Program-made: the position numbers and the translations under genes | In this document: in pieces, positions 35,553 through 45,828 of the stretch | How positions within the stretch are numbered: the first letter of the stretch is position 1 | How the letters are laid out: each line of letters opens with the position of its first letter | Notes under the pieces: generated by a model | Seen by the model: the letters and a program-made list of their open reading frames with translations, nothing else | The model's database searches: none | Told to the model about the DNA's origin: nothing | NCBI GenBank assembly: GCA_963697225.1 | Contig: CAVONM010000013.1 | Location: 42,375 to 106,374 of the forward strand | DNA from: an uncultured delta proteobacterium | GTDB taxonomy: Bacteria > Desulfobacterota > Desulfobacteria > Desulfobacterales > Desulfosarcinaceae | Length of the DNA: 64,000 nt | Direction: 5' to 3'

Positions 35553-37394
35553 TCAATCGAACATGAAGGCCACAGAGGCGGCCCCCAATCCGGCACTGGC
35601 GCCGATGACTGGTGAGATGTTGACCTCGGCCACCGGGGTTTTGGCGGCGAGCGTTGTCATTTGCCGCGCATACCAATCGGCCGCCGACCGGTTGTTGGCA
35701 TGCAAAACAATATAGTTCCAGATGGTTCGGTCCCGACTGGTGAGGTTGATGTGCGCCATGACCTTTTTCATATTGGCCTTCTGGCTGAAGGCCTTGCCAA
35801 ACACCATCGAATTCCCGTCCGTATCCATCGACACAATCGGATTGAGGTTGAGAAGTTTGGCCAGCAGGCCTTTCAACGGAGAGACGCGCCCCCCCCTGAC
35901 CATGTATTTTAGCGTTTTTACACTTACCAGGATGCGCGTATCGTCAATCCATCGAGCGGTCTGGTCAATAATCTCGTCATGGGCGACCCCCTTTTCAATT
36001 GCCTGGGCGATGCGCAACACAATCAACCCCAACCCACCCGAGATGTTTTTCGAATCAATGACGCTGATGGGTTTCCCGCAAGCACGGCTGATTGTTTCCG
36101 CGGCTTTGCAACTGCTGAAATAGGTCCCGCTGAACTTGGCGGTCAGATGGACCGCGATAACCGCATCGTAATGCGCTGCCAGACGGGCATACAGATTTTT
36201 GAAAGCAATTTCGTTCACCTGGGCGGTTTTGGGGTAGTCGTCTCTATTATCGATGCGCCGGTAGAACTGTTCGGGGTGCATGGTAATCTTATCCAGATAG
36301 TGATTGTTACCGAAGTAGATGTTTATGGGCAGCATATGGATCTGATAGTCGTCGATCAAGGCCGGTGAGAGGTCGCACGCCGAATCGGTGACCAGGGCAA
36401 TCTTCCATTTTCGCTCATAGATGACCTGGCTCTGCCTGAGCATATCGTCGGCTTTTTGAAAGGTCAGGGTCCCATGATGCTGAAGCGTTTCAAACAGTCG
36501 GCCCGGGTGGCTGGTGTGGACATGCAGACGGCTGGCCTTAGCTGCACCGGCAACCACGACGGAATCGCCATGTTCAGAAAGGATCTCGGACAGCCGGTTG
36601 TGATCCAGGGACACATTGCGGATTATTGCCTCCGTACAATAGCGATAAACCACTTCCTTGGGAACATCGCTTTCTACCGGCATTTGATCGCTAGTGTCCT
36701 CCCGCACGCGGTCGTCGGTGGTCAACTTGACGAGATGGCGGATGCTATTTTTACGGATACATTCAATAATGCCGTCAATAAAATAGACGAAGGCCTTGGC
36801 GCCGGCATCGACCACATCAGCCTTGGCCAGGACGTCCAGCTGCAGTTTGGTCTCGGCCAACGCCTTTTCGAGGATTGCTTTCGAGTCGACAAACAATTGG
36901 CCAAAATCGTCGATTCGGTGCTGCTTAGCGTCGATGAAATCGGCCCAGGCGCTGACGATGGTCAAGAGGGTGCCTTCCACCGGGTCCGCCACTGCCTGGT
37001 AGATGTATCGCACCGCATTTTTTACGCTTGCAGTAAACGGCTCAATCGAAACACTGGCCAGGTCGTCGGTTTCACTGCTCACACCGAAGAGGAACTGGGC
37101 GAAGATGATGCCTGAATTACCGCGTGCGTTCATCAGGGCCGTCTCGGCAATCCGATCAAGCATTTGTTTGTATGGCCGCTCCGGCCTAACCGAATCGACG
37201 ACCGCACCTAAGGTAAATGCCATGTTGGCTCCGGTGTCGCCGTCTTTGACGGGAAAGACGTTGATCCGGTTCAGCCGCTCCTGGTTGGCAACGACCTTCC
37301 GGGTGCCGGCCAGGAACATGTAATACAACCATCGACCATCAATTTCTCTCATAGGGCGGGTTACTTTACTACCATCAGGTTGATTGAACCCCAA
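35553..37394 (-). CDS. DAK2-domain / DegV-domain fusion protein (YloV-like)
   Basis: N-terminal DAK2 (KDGDTGANM). C-terminal DegV fatty-acid-binding domain (IALVTDSACDL...). Confidence 0.8.
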   Translation of the reverse strand: MGFNQPDGSKVTRPMREIDGRWLYYMFLAGTRKVVANQERLNRINVFPVKDGDTGANMAFTLGAVVDSVRPERPYKQMLDRIAETALMNARGNSGIIFAQFLFGVSSETDDLASVSIEPFTASVKNAVRYIYQAVADPVEGTLLTIVSAWADFIDAKQHRIDDFGQLFVDSKAILEKALAETKLQLDVLAKADVVDAGAKAFVYFIDGIIECIRKNSIRHLVKLTTDDRVREDTSDQMPVESDVPKEVVYRYCTEAIIRNVSLDHNRLSEILSEHGDSVVVAGAAKASRLHVHTSHPGRLFETLQHHGTLTFQKADDMLRQSQVIYERKWKIALVTDSACDLSPALIDDYQIHMLPINIYFGNNHYLDKITMHPEQFYRRIDNRDDYPKTAQVNEIAFKNLYARLAAHYDAVIAVHLTAKFSGTYFSSCKAAETISRACGKPISVIDSKNISGGLGLIVLRIAQAIEKGVAHDEIIDQTARWIDDTRILVSVKTLKYMVRGGRVSPLKGLLAKLLNLNPIVSMDTDGNSMVFGKAFSQKANMKKVMAHINLTSRDRTIWNYIVLHANNRSAADWYARQMTTLAAKTPVAEVNISPVIGASAGLGAASVAFMFD

Positions 37395-37729
37395 TATTGC
37401 ATAAACAGTATGGAAAAAGATAGCTAAATGAAAGGTGTCATAATGAATATAAACAGGATTCTACCATTTTCTGGATGTCACCAACGGTGATTTTCCAAGA
37501 ATGGCTCAGTTTATCTCATTATGTTTACCTTCCAGGGAAGCTGGAGGACTTCAGATCCCGTGTTGTCAAGGGATCGCGGTAGCCGAATACAGCTTCACCC
37601 TTGACGCCTTAGCTCTGAAGCCCTTCAGCTTTTGCAACGTTGGGGTGAACAGTTCATCTGCGGGTGGATAGCCATCAATAAACCCCATTATCGGTCATGC
37701 GGTCAAGTAATCAAAGCAAGACAGCATAC

Positions 37730-37750
37730 CAGGCCTTCTGGAAAGGCCTG
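37730..37750 (-). terminator. Perfect 8-bp GC-rich hairpin (CAGGCCTT-CTGGA-AAGGCCTG) about 270 nt downstream of lon
   Basis: Read from the sequence. The minus-strand reading is followed by a T-rich stretch. Assignment as a terminator is tentative. Confidence 0.3.
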
Positions 37751-38015
37751 AAGAATTGGTTTCAATCAAATGCGTTTCATGTCAGTGTCATGCTGCCATT
37801 TCCTGTTCAGCGGTCACTGCTCCGGAGCTCCTGTTTGTGACCCCATCGCGCGTGACGGCCTCGGCCAATTCGAACAGCGCCTCTCCTTCGACGACTTCAT
37901 CTTTGAGCAGTTGACCGACCATTTTAACCAGCAGCTCCCGGTTGGCTGTCAGAATCTGTAAAGTGACGTTGTTTTTTCATGTCAACCCCCTCATTTGTCT
38001 ATGACCGTGACTCAC

Positions 38016-40511
38016 TTAACAGGCCAGAGGCATCCGATCCGTATCACATTCATCGCCGGCACCGATGTCCGCGGGGGAACCGCCGTCTTTTGACGCTTTG
38101 CCATCAGGCTGGTCGGCGAACGCCTCGGCGATGGCTTCGTCAATGCGGTCCACGGTCACAAAGGTCATCTCGCTGCGGACCTCATCAGGCAGCTCTTCAA
38201 CGTCGGAGTTATTCCGCCGCGGCAGAATCACCGTTTTCAGTCCGGCGCGATGGGCTGCCAGCGCTTTCATCTTGATGCCGCCAACCGGAAGCACTCGGCC
38301 GCGAAGCGTTATTTCACCGGTCATGCCGACATCGCTGCGAACAGGTTTGTCGCTGAAAAGGCTGGCCAGGGTCATGACCATGGCCACGCCTGCCGAGGGA
38401 CCGTCTTTGGGCAGCGCACCGGCTGGGACATGCACGTGCACATCCGAATTTTGGAAGGCAGACGGATCGATGCCCAACAGTTCTGCTTTCGTTCGCACAT
38501 AGCTGAGTGCAATTTCGGCACTCTCTTTCATCACACTGCCCAACTGACCCGTCAGGGAGAGTCGGCCTTTGCCCGGCATGCGAGATGCCTCGATGTAAAG
38601 AATATCACCCCCGACCGATGTTACCGCCAGACCGGTAGCGATTCCCGGCACATTAAAGGTTTCCGATCGCTCGGCGTCGAAACGCTCCTTCTTCAAATAA
38701 TCACGAACCATCTGTTCCGTTACCACCACATGAGACCACCCCTTTTCGCTCAGCGCCACGATGCCTTTGCGGCAGATGGCAGCGATATGCCGCTCGAGAT
38801 TTCGCACACCGGCCTCGCGGGTATAGTCGTGGATAATTTTCAAGACGGCATCCTCCACAAAGGTAACCTCGTCATCCGCTAACCGATGCGACTTGAGCTG
38901 ACGGGGAATAAGGTGCCGTCGGGCAATCTGATGCTTTTCGAGCGCCGTGTACCCATCGATATGGATGATTTCCATGCGGTCTCTCAGCGGGCCCGGTATG
39001 GTGTCCAGCCCATTGGCCGTAGCGATAAAAATGACTTCGCTGAGATCGAAGTCCACATCCAGGTAGTGATCGCGAAAGGTGCTGTTTTGCGCCGGGTCCA
39101 GGACCTCCAGCAGCGCGCTGCTGGGGTCGCCACGCCAGCCCTGACCGATCTTGTCGATTTCGTCGAGCATAAACACCGGATTGCGGGTGCCCGCCCGTTT
39201 GATTGACTGGATAATTCGTCCGGGCATCGCTCCGATATAGGTACGACGATGGCCGCGTATTTCGGCCTCATCCCTGACGCCTCCCAGACTCATACGGGTA
39301 AATTTGCGGCCCAGGGCACGCGCCACGCTGCGTCCCAAACTGGTCTTGCCGACGCCCGGAGGGCCGACCAGACACAAAATTACGCCCATGGCGGACTTTT
39401 CTTCAGCCTCGTTCTGCGCCCCTTTTCGGTCCTCTACAAGACTCCTCACGGCAATGTATTCGATCAGGCGTTCTTTGATTTCCTCCAGGCCATAGTGGTC
39501 CTCATCCAGAATGCGCCGCGCGTCGGCAATGTCACCGCTGTCGTCGCTTAGTTGTCCCCAAGGCAGATCGATCAGCCAGTCAAGGTAGGTCTTGATGATC
39601 GGATACTCTGCCGATTGGGGAGGCATTTGCTGCATGCGTTCCATTTCGCGGACCGCTTCCTTTCGCGCTTCATCGGGCATGTCTGAACCCTCGATCCGCT
39701 CGGCGTAATCATCCGACTCCGACGAGGGGTCATCGGTTTCGCCCAATTCCTTTTTTATGGCCTTGAGCTGTTGCCTCAAAAAGTAATCCCGTTGCGATTT
39801 GCTCATTTTTTCTTGAACTTCGGACTTTATTTTTTTTCCGATGTTGAGCATTTCCTTTTCGCGCGACAAATGCGAAAGAAGCACACGAATTTTCTGAGAC
39901 ACACTGTCGATCTCGAGCAACTCCTGCCGCACTTCCGTGGTCAGATTCATGTTGAATGTCGTAACGTAGGTCAGCTGAAGCGGATCGCTGATGCGCGATA
40001 TCGTCTCGGCGGCCTCTTTTGAAGAATTCGGGGTCATTGCCAGCACTTCAAATACCGTGTCACGCAACTGGCGTTGCAGCACCTCCAACTCGATACCCGT
40101 TTCCACGATCTCCGGGGCGTGAAGCACACTCGCCTTGAGGTGCGGGCCACCGGTTTGCCAAGTGGACACCTTGAACCTGCGGATTCCGTTCAACAAGGCG
40201 ACCATGACACCCTCTTCATTTTTTTTGGCATGCAGAATCTTGGCAATGGTTCCAACCTCATAAAGTTGACCCGGTACGGGATGTTCGATTGCCGGGTCCT
40301 TGACCGTCAGCAGCCCAACCGTCCGATCCGCTTTCATGGCATCGTCGATCATAGATGCTGAACTGAAGGAGATCATGAACGGCACACTCATCTGAGGAAA
40401 CGCCACCATGCTGCGAACCGGCAAAATGGGTATGATGTCCTGAGCGTCGGTCTTGACTTCGATCATGTCGTCTTCGTTGCTGCTTATAACCTCATTTGTG
40501 TCTAATTTCAT
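38016..40511 (-). CDS. lon: ATP-dependent Lon protease (La)
   Basis: Lon N-terminal domain. AAA+ Walker A GPPGVGKTSLGRS. Protease catalytic region PKDGPSAGVAMVMTLAS. 831 aa. Confidence 0.95.
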   Translation of the reverse strand: MKLDTNEVISSNEDDMIEVKTDAQDIIPILPVRSMVAFPQMSVPFMISFSSASMIDDAMKADRTVGLLTVKDPAIEHPVPGQLYEVGTIAKILHAKKNEEGVMVALLNGIRRFKVSTWQTGGPHLKASVLHAPEIVETGIELEVLQRQLRDTVFEVLAMTPNSSKEAAETISRISDPLQLTYVTTFNMNLTTEVRQELLEIDSVSQKIRVLLSHLSREKEMLNIGKKIKSEVQEKMSKSQRDYFLRQQLKAIKKELGETDDPSSESDDYAERIEGSDMPDEARKEAVREMERMQQMPPQSAEYPIIKTYLDWLIDLPWGQLSDDSGDIADARRILDEDHYGLEEIKERLIEYIAVRSLVEDRKGAQNEAEEKSAMGVILCLVGPPGVGKTSLGRSVARALGRKFTRMSLGGVRDEAEIRGHRRTYIGAMPGRIIQSIKRAGTRNPVFMLDEIDKIGQGWRGDPSSALLEVLDPAQNSTFRDHYLDVDFDLSEVIFIATANGLDTIPGPLRDRMEIIHIDGYTALEKHQIARRHLIPRQLKSHRLADDEVTFVEDAVLKIIHDYTREAGVRNLERHIAAICRKGIVALSEKGWSHVVVTEQMVRDYLKKERFDAERSETFNVPGIATGLAVTSVGGDILYIEASRMPGKGRLSLTGQLGSVMKESAEIALSYVRTKAELLGIDPSAFQNSDVHVHVPAGALPKDGPSAGVAMVMTLASLFSDKPVRSDVGMTGEITLRGRVLPVGGIKMKALAAHRAGLKTVILPRRNNSDVEELPDEVRSEMTFVTVDRIDEAIAEAFADQPDGKASKDGGSPADIGAGDECDTDRMPLAC

Positions 40512-40609
40512 AGTAACACCTCAGTGTTTGGGTTTGATCGATGCCTCTTTAAATTTATGAAATATATGTTAAACATTATCTTGACATTGGCAATCGGTTT
40601 TTTTATTAT

Positions 40610-41569
40610 TTGTTCATGAACTTAAAGTCTACCTACACCATCAAATATGTTGCGTCGAAAACAGGGTTGAAGCCTTACCTGATTCGGAGTTGGGAAATGC
40701 GTTATCAGGCAATTTGCCCGCAGCGATCCGACAGCAATCGCCGATGTTTCACCGATAACGATGTCAAGCGATTGAGATTGCTCAAGCTAGCGGTGGACGA
40801 AGGGCATCCCATCTCCGCAGTCGCCAAAAGGAGCAGCGATGAACTCAGCCGCCTGCTGGGACGGGGTTTCGCCTTGGTCAATTGTGACGACACCACCGAT
40901 TTCGGTACTGCATCCAGTGGTTTTGCCGACGGCGCAATGGCTGCGCAATTCGTCGAACAAGCGCTATCGCATATCATTCGACTGAACCCGTCGGCGTTGG
41001 AGCATGTGCTGAATGGTGCGGCTGTCGACATGCCCCGACAATCATTTTTGCAAACGGTGGTGTTGCCCCTGTTTGAAAGAATCGGTGAGCTCTGGCGCCT
41101 CGGTAAATTGAAGACCATCAACGAACACATGGCATCGATCGTTGTCCGTACCATTTTATGGGATATGCTGCGCAGCGTCCACCTATCCGAGGCAGCCCCC
41201 AGGATCGTTGTTGCCACACCTGTGGGCCACTGGCATGAACTGGGAGCCTTGGCTTCAGCGCTGGCGGCGTCTGAATCGGGTTGGCGCGTCTATTATTTTG
41301 GCCCCAACCTCCCGGCTGAGGAGATCGCCTATGCGGCCAAAAAATTCAGTGTCAGGGCCTTGGCCCTGAGCCTCTGTCACCTGGTTAACGATCACCGCCT
41401 GAGTGGTGAACTGAAAAAACTCCGTCGTTTGGTCGGCAGCGACCTGCCGATCTTTATCGGCGGGCCGGGTACCGAACCGGTTCGCCAGACCCTCGTGCAA
41501 ATCAACGCGGTATCGGGTATCAATCTGGGTGGATTCAGGGATAAGCTCGAAGCGTTGGCCAAGGCGTGA
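40610..41569 (+). CDS. MerR-family regulator with C-terminal B12-binding domain (second CarH/LitR-like paralog)
   Basis: MerR HTH (YTIKYVASKTGLKPYLIRSWEMRY) plus a B12-binding-like C-terminal half (IVVATPVGHWHELGALASALAASESGWRVYYFG). Confidence 0.7.
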   Translation: MFMNLKSTYTIKYVASKTGLKPYLIRSWEMRYQAICPQRSDSNRRCFTDNDVKRLRLLKLAVDEGHPISAVAKRSSDELSRLLGRGFALVNCDDTTDFGTASSGFADGAMAAQFVEQALSHIIRLNPSALEHVLNGAAVDMPRQSFLQTVVLPLFERIGELWRLGKLKTINEHMASIVVRTILWDMLRSVHLSEAAPRIVVATPVGHWHELGALASALAASESGWRVYYFGPNLPAEEIAYAAKKFSVRALALSLCHLVNDHRLSGELKKLRRLVGSDLPIFIGGPGTEPVRQTLVQINAVSGINLGGFRDKLEALAKA

Positions 41570-41693
41570 GCCGCCTTTGTCAATCGGTGCCGCAAGGCTT
41601 CATGCAGAAAATCGATTGTGGTCATTTTGATCGGGGCGGGGAGACAGATGTGAAATGGCCGTCAGCAATCCTTCCGGCTGACGGCCATATGCT

Positions 41694-41984
41694 CTACTGG
41701 ACCGGTTTCATGCCGTGCACCTCTGTAAATGCGTCCCACTCATCGACGCCGACTTCACCATCACCGTTGGTGTCGATCATGTCAAAACCGGAGCGCCATT
41801 TTTCCACGTTGGGCGTGATGAACTCGTTGAATGTCAACACACCATCGCTGTCCTTGTCCAACGCTGTCATGTCCCAAACCATACTCATATCCCCGTGCCC
41901 GCCGTAATGGTGTCCGGCAAATGCGATAAACGGCAGCGTCAAGGCTACCATTGCCAGTACCACTGCATATCTTTTAACTTTCAT
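41694..41984 (-). CDS. Secreted EF-hand calcium-binding protein
   Basis: Signal peptide plus two canonical EF loops, DKDSDGVLTFNEF and DTNGDGEVGVDEW. Confidence 0.65.
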   Translation of the reverse strand: MKVKRYAVVLAMVALTLPFIAFAGHHYGGHGDMSMVWDMTALDKDSDGVLTFNEFITPNVEKWRSGFDMIDTNGDGEVGVDEWDAFTEVHGMKPVQ

Positions 41985-42012
41985 ACGGACCTCCCAGCTC
42001 ACATGTGGAGCA

Positions 42013-42800
42013 TTATTGGTGAAAAGTTAAACAAATATTAAACTTCAGATGCCATTTGTCAATGGTGATCGATTGAACTGAGATGGCGAGCGCATTCCCC
42101 GCCGCTTGTCGAAGCGAAGTAGAGATTCCGCTCATCTTGTGGATATAGTTGGCAGATGAGACGTAGGGTTTGGTTGCCACCATGCCGCCATCGGCGAACT
42201 GGCTCATTCCTCGGGTGTTAACGATCTCCACCCACTGAACGGCATCGATATAGACGCCCAGATACCAGTTGTCGACTTCATTTGGGTGGACACCTGCCAA
42301 GAGGGCGAAATTGCCGGTGATCATCAATCGATAGATGTGCTGGGCGACATCGCTGCGGGACGTTAAAAAATGCTCCGCGTCAACGACGGTCGATGGAACG
42401 GTCAGGCGTGATGCGAGGTCTGCGGGCTCGATGTCGAGGCGGTATTCGCCCGGTTGCATGTCTTCAAAGCGATCCACCTGCTGCTCCTTGATCAATCGGG
42501 CCAGATTGCGCTTAAAGGATCGTTCATTGTGTGGGTCATCCAGGCGAAGGTACACCAAACGGTGTCCCTGGCGTGAGAGGGCCGCGCCGAAATGGCGCAT
42601 GGCGCTGAAAAACACTGAATGGGGTGCTTAACGGAGTCCGTCTCCTGGCGCACTTCCATGAGCGTGTAAATGGTGTCTTTGCGAACCTTCTCGAACCAGC
42701 TGTGTTGCGCGTTGAGTTGGTTGCCGGGGATCAATCGAAGGGTTACGCTTCTCTTCATCAGTGTTCCTCCCCAAATGTTTGGCGGCCATGTGGGGTTCAA
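42013..42800 (-). pseudogene. Decayed cryptochrome/photolyase-related (COG3046-type) gene with an internal deletion and a frameshift
   Basis: One frame encodes an N-terminal-like MKRSVTLRLIPGNQL... Another frame gives FFSAMRHFGAALSRQGHRLVY... joined directly to the C-terminal signature RLMITGNFALLAGV...WVEIVNTRGMSQFADGGMVATKPYVSSANYIHKMSG. About 250 aa of the roughly 500-aa family length are present. Confidence 0.45.
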
Positions 42801-43351
42801 TTACCGGTCGTGGGACCGGGTTGATGCTGGGTGTGTCATTGACAAGAATGCTTGGTGACGAGAACCAACATAGTATAAACACCGGTAAACGACCAATAAT
42901 TCTCCTCAGGACGTTGATTAAGACCTGCGCGTTGCCTGTTGAGGTTAATTCTCGATAGGCCACCATTCGTATTCTTTTCGAGCTGGTAGTATTTCGCCAT
43001 CATTTTAACCGAAATCAGTCATCATTGCGGATTCATCCTAACTAGTTAAATTGTTAAATATATGAATAATTTTATTCATCCCAATCTTAAGGCACAAGCC
43101 TGCATTTGATTCTGAACGAAGATGAGAATCAACTGACAATTTCAAGTCGCTTTCTGAAATGTTGAGGATATTTAGAATGATTGTATTTTTCATAATCTAC
43201 ACAGTTTTTTTCATAATCGCGTCTGCCGCTGGTTGGAGTGTCGCATCGTCAATGTGACTCTCCGGATCTACTGAAGCATCCGCATCTTGTTTTTAGAGGC
43301 GATGCTTGTTGTTTGGCCCAGCATTTTTAAAAGTACTTTCAGGTCATATTT

Positions 43352-43651
43352 ATGATTCAAAGGCGCACGATCGGCATCATTGGCAAGGGAAACGTCGGCG
43401 TGGCTGTGGCGTATGCCATTTTCTTGCAGGCAAGGGCCAATGAAATTATCCTGATCGATAAAAACCGGAAAAAAGCCGAAGGTGAGGCCATGGATCTTAC
43501 CCACGGGCAGGCCTTTGTCGAAAAGACGGTCGTTCATGTTGGGGACTATTCCGATCTTGCCGCGGCTCAGATAGTTATCATCACTGCCGGTGTTGCTCAA
43601 CAGCCGGGCGAACACCGTATCGACATTGACTTGGCAGACATCGACTTGTAG
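43352..43651 (+). pseudogene. ldh: N-terminal fragment (99 aa) of an L-lactate/malate dehydrogenase
   Basis: IGIIGKGNVGVAVAYAIFLQARANEIILIDKNRKKAEGEAMDLTHGQAF...IVIITAGVAQQPGEHRIDI is the LDH NAD-binding N-terminus. The ORF stops about 210 aa early. It sits in an AT-rich pocket. Confidence 0.55.
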
Positions 43652-43718
43652 TATCTCACCTTTTCGTGCATGATCCTGATTGTGGGTTATCGGCACACGC
43701 TGGAAGGTAAAAAATAGG

Positions 43719-44084
43719 ATGATTGAACAGAAAAGAAGACAACACCCCCGCTGTATGGAAGACACGGCAGTCAACTATCATTTCTTGAACCATTCAACGC
43801 AGCATGAGGCGATCGCGCGGAATTATAGTCGTTTCGGCATGTATTTCGAGGCGCAGCGCTCATTGTCACCGGGAACGATTATCGTCCTACGCAGATACGG
43901 ATGCAAAGATCCTGTCGACCCTGATCTTGCACCTGCTTACTGTTCCGGGGACCGTGAGGCTTCAGAAGCATGCCAGGAACTAAAGACGCAAGTATTTGGT
44001 GAAGTCAAGCGCAGTGAGATGCTTAAGGGGACGACGGAGGAGCGCTTTGGTATCGCTGTCCGTTACATTGGGCCGGCAACATAG
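43719..44084 (+). CDS. Hypothetical protein, possibly PilZ-like
   Basis: RRQHPR...NYSRFGMYFE is loosely similar to PilZ RxxxR / DxSxxG motifs. Weak. Confidence 0.25.
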   Translation: MIEQKRRQHPRCMEDTAVNYHFLNHSTQHEAIARNYSRFGMYFEAQRSLSPGTIIVLRRYGCKDPVDPDLAPAYCSGDREASEACQELKTQVFGEVKRSEMLKGTTEERFGIAVRYIGPAT

Positions 44085-44093
44085 TCCATTCAG

Positions 44094-44807
44094 GTGCGAA
44101 ATTGCTATCCTGACTTTTCATGGATTTCTTTAAGCTTTCAAAACTGTCTGGATAAATGGCAAATGTGTATTAAGACCGTCTCGAGACTCTTACTATGCAC
44201 AATATCGTTCATTTTTTTGAATGGCTTCGTCGGTATGCCAATTCATCCTGCCACTGCTGAACCCGATGCTGAAGAGCTGCTCAACAAACAACGGATTGTA
44301 TACAGAATAAAACCGGAAAGAAGAGGTGGAGAGGCATTCAAACTGATTTACCTCGTACCGGTTCCGGTCGATGTTTTCTGGAGGTTCAAGACCGACTTTG
44401 GTGGTGATTTCCTTCTCAGCAACAGATACATAAAGGAACATCGGCTTATCCTTGAGTCGGGCAATGCCACCGTCACTGAGAACAGCTACTCGAACGCGCC
44501 AAACGAGACGTTCAGATGGCATACGACCCTGTATCCCGATCAACACCGCTTGGATTTCCAGTTGGAAAACCCCCGGGAATGCGGGCAAAAGTTCCACTAT
44601 GGCACGATACGAATGGAACCATTCCGATCATACACCAAAGTCACCCACACGGCTTACTTTGATTTTTTCGGTGCATTTATCTGGGTTAATCTTCGCATCG
44701 CAGGCGGCATGACCTCATTTTTAATGTACACCGCCCGTTGGGAAAGGGATACTGTTTTGCGCTTACGGCACCGATACGAGACTGAACCCTCCCCGCGGCC
44801 GCGATGA
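44094..44807 (+). CDS. Hypothetical secreted protein
   Basis: Signal-peptide-like segment LLLCTISFIFLNGFVGMPIHPATA. No domain recognised. Confidence 0.3.
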   Translation: MRNCYPDFSWISLSFQNCLDKWQMCIKTVSRLLLCTISFIFLNGFVGMPIHPATAEPDAEELLNKQRIVYRIKPERRGGEAFKLIYLVPVPVDVFWRFKTDFGGDFLLSNRYIKEHRLILESGNATVTENSYSNAPNETFRWHTTLYPDQHRLDFQLENPRECGQKFHYGTIRMEPFRSYTKVTHTAYFDFFGAFIWVNLRIAGGMTSFLMYTARWERDTVLRLRHRYETEPSPRPR

Positions 44808-44956
44808 GCGGAATCTCTGCTGTTGCCCCGACAAGGGGCGGGGAATGTGCTCGCTATCGCGGTTCAGCAGGTCAAATGAAGGACTCGAACGCTTGACCAG
44901 ATGCGCCGCACCATAGAAACTGTTAAGACTTCCTTTTATTTCTTCGGGTAACGATT

Positions 44957-45529
44957 GTGAAGGTTTCAATGCGATTGTTCATTTTGTCATTCATTTCAGG
45001 CCTGCTGTCTTACCTCTCGGTTTCATTGCCGCATCTGTTATCCGCTTGGTTTAACCTGTCAGATGATGCCTTTTTTATTCTTCCCGGGTTGTTTTTCGGT
45101 ATGCTCGTCCTCGCACCACGCGTCAATAACGCAAAATTCCGCGCTCTGCGACGCGTGGGCTTGCTGATTTTCAGCTTAGGCGCATGGTATGTGGCGGTGA
45201 CGGTTGGATTCCAGGTGTTACCGTGGGTCCATCAATTGGCGATGCTGTCGTGTGGAATATCGGGAAGTATCGGTGTGCTTCTGCTTATTGCAGCAAGCCG
45301 CTATCTCGTGCCTTTGAATTTGAGTGTTTCTTCTCTTCTGATTGCTCTGCTCGTTGGTTTTATCGGCGGCGGTATCATCGGCATGGCCCTCGTGCAGCCA
45401 AGGACCAGCTTGTCCAGTGAATTGCTCTATTTTTTTGGTTTTCTATTTTGGCATTGCGGTGTTGCCTGGGCGCTTTTAGGCAGACCACGGACCACCGGCA
45501 GCAACAGACCGAGGCGCACTGCGGCATAA
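44957..45529 (+). CDS. Hypothetical polytopic membrane protein (5 predicted TM, several intramembrane His)
   Basis: Hydrophobicity pattern. Lies 300 nt upstream of sdhA on the same strand. Confidence 0.4.
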   Translation: MKVSMRLFILSFISGLLSYLSVSLPHLLSAWFNLSDDAFFILPGLFFGMLVLAPRVNNAKFRALRRVGLLIFSLGAWYVAVTVGFQVLPWVHQLAMLSCGISGSIGVLLLIAASRYLVPLNLSVSSLLIALLVGFIGGGIIGMALVQPRTSLSSELLYFFGFLFWHCGVAWALLGRPRTTGSNRPRRTAA

Positions 45530-45828
45530 ATCGCGCAGCTGCCTGCTAAGGTCTGATCCACCATACCAGACAACCCAATGGGACAGCCGAGAGTGGGGCC
45601 TTGGAAAATATCGAATCGCGAATGCTCGCCTTTCACCCTGAAAAAATTGTTGTGACAATGATCACACAACGCTTCAGTACCACATTTTCAGTTGCTCTGG
45701 AAACAACGTTGGATGAAGATGGAACGAAACGTCGATGTCTTTCTCGGCGTAGGCCCAAAAAAATCCTTGTCTGAATCCTGCGCAATTGGTTTAATGCCGG
45801 ATAATATAACGATTCCAACCACAGGGAG

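Noticed and set aside
43268-43774. 168-aa minus-strand ORF in the AT-rich pocket
   Set aside because: The plus-strand frame over the same DNA gives a clean LDH N-terminal match. The minus ORF has no recognisable features.
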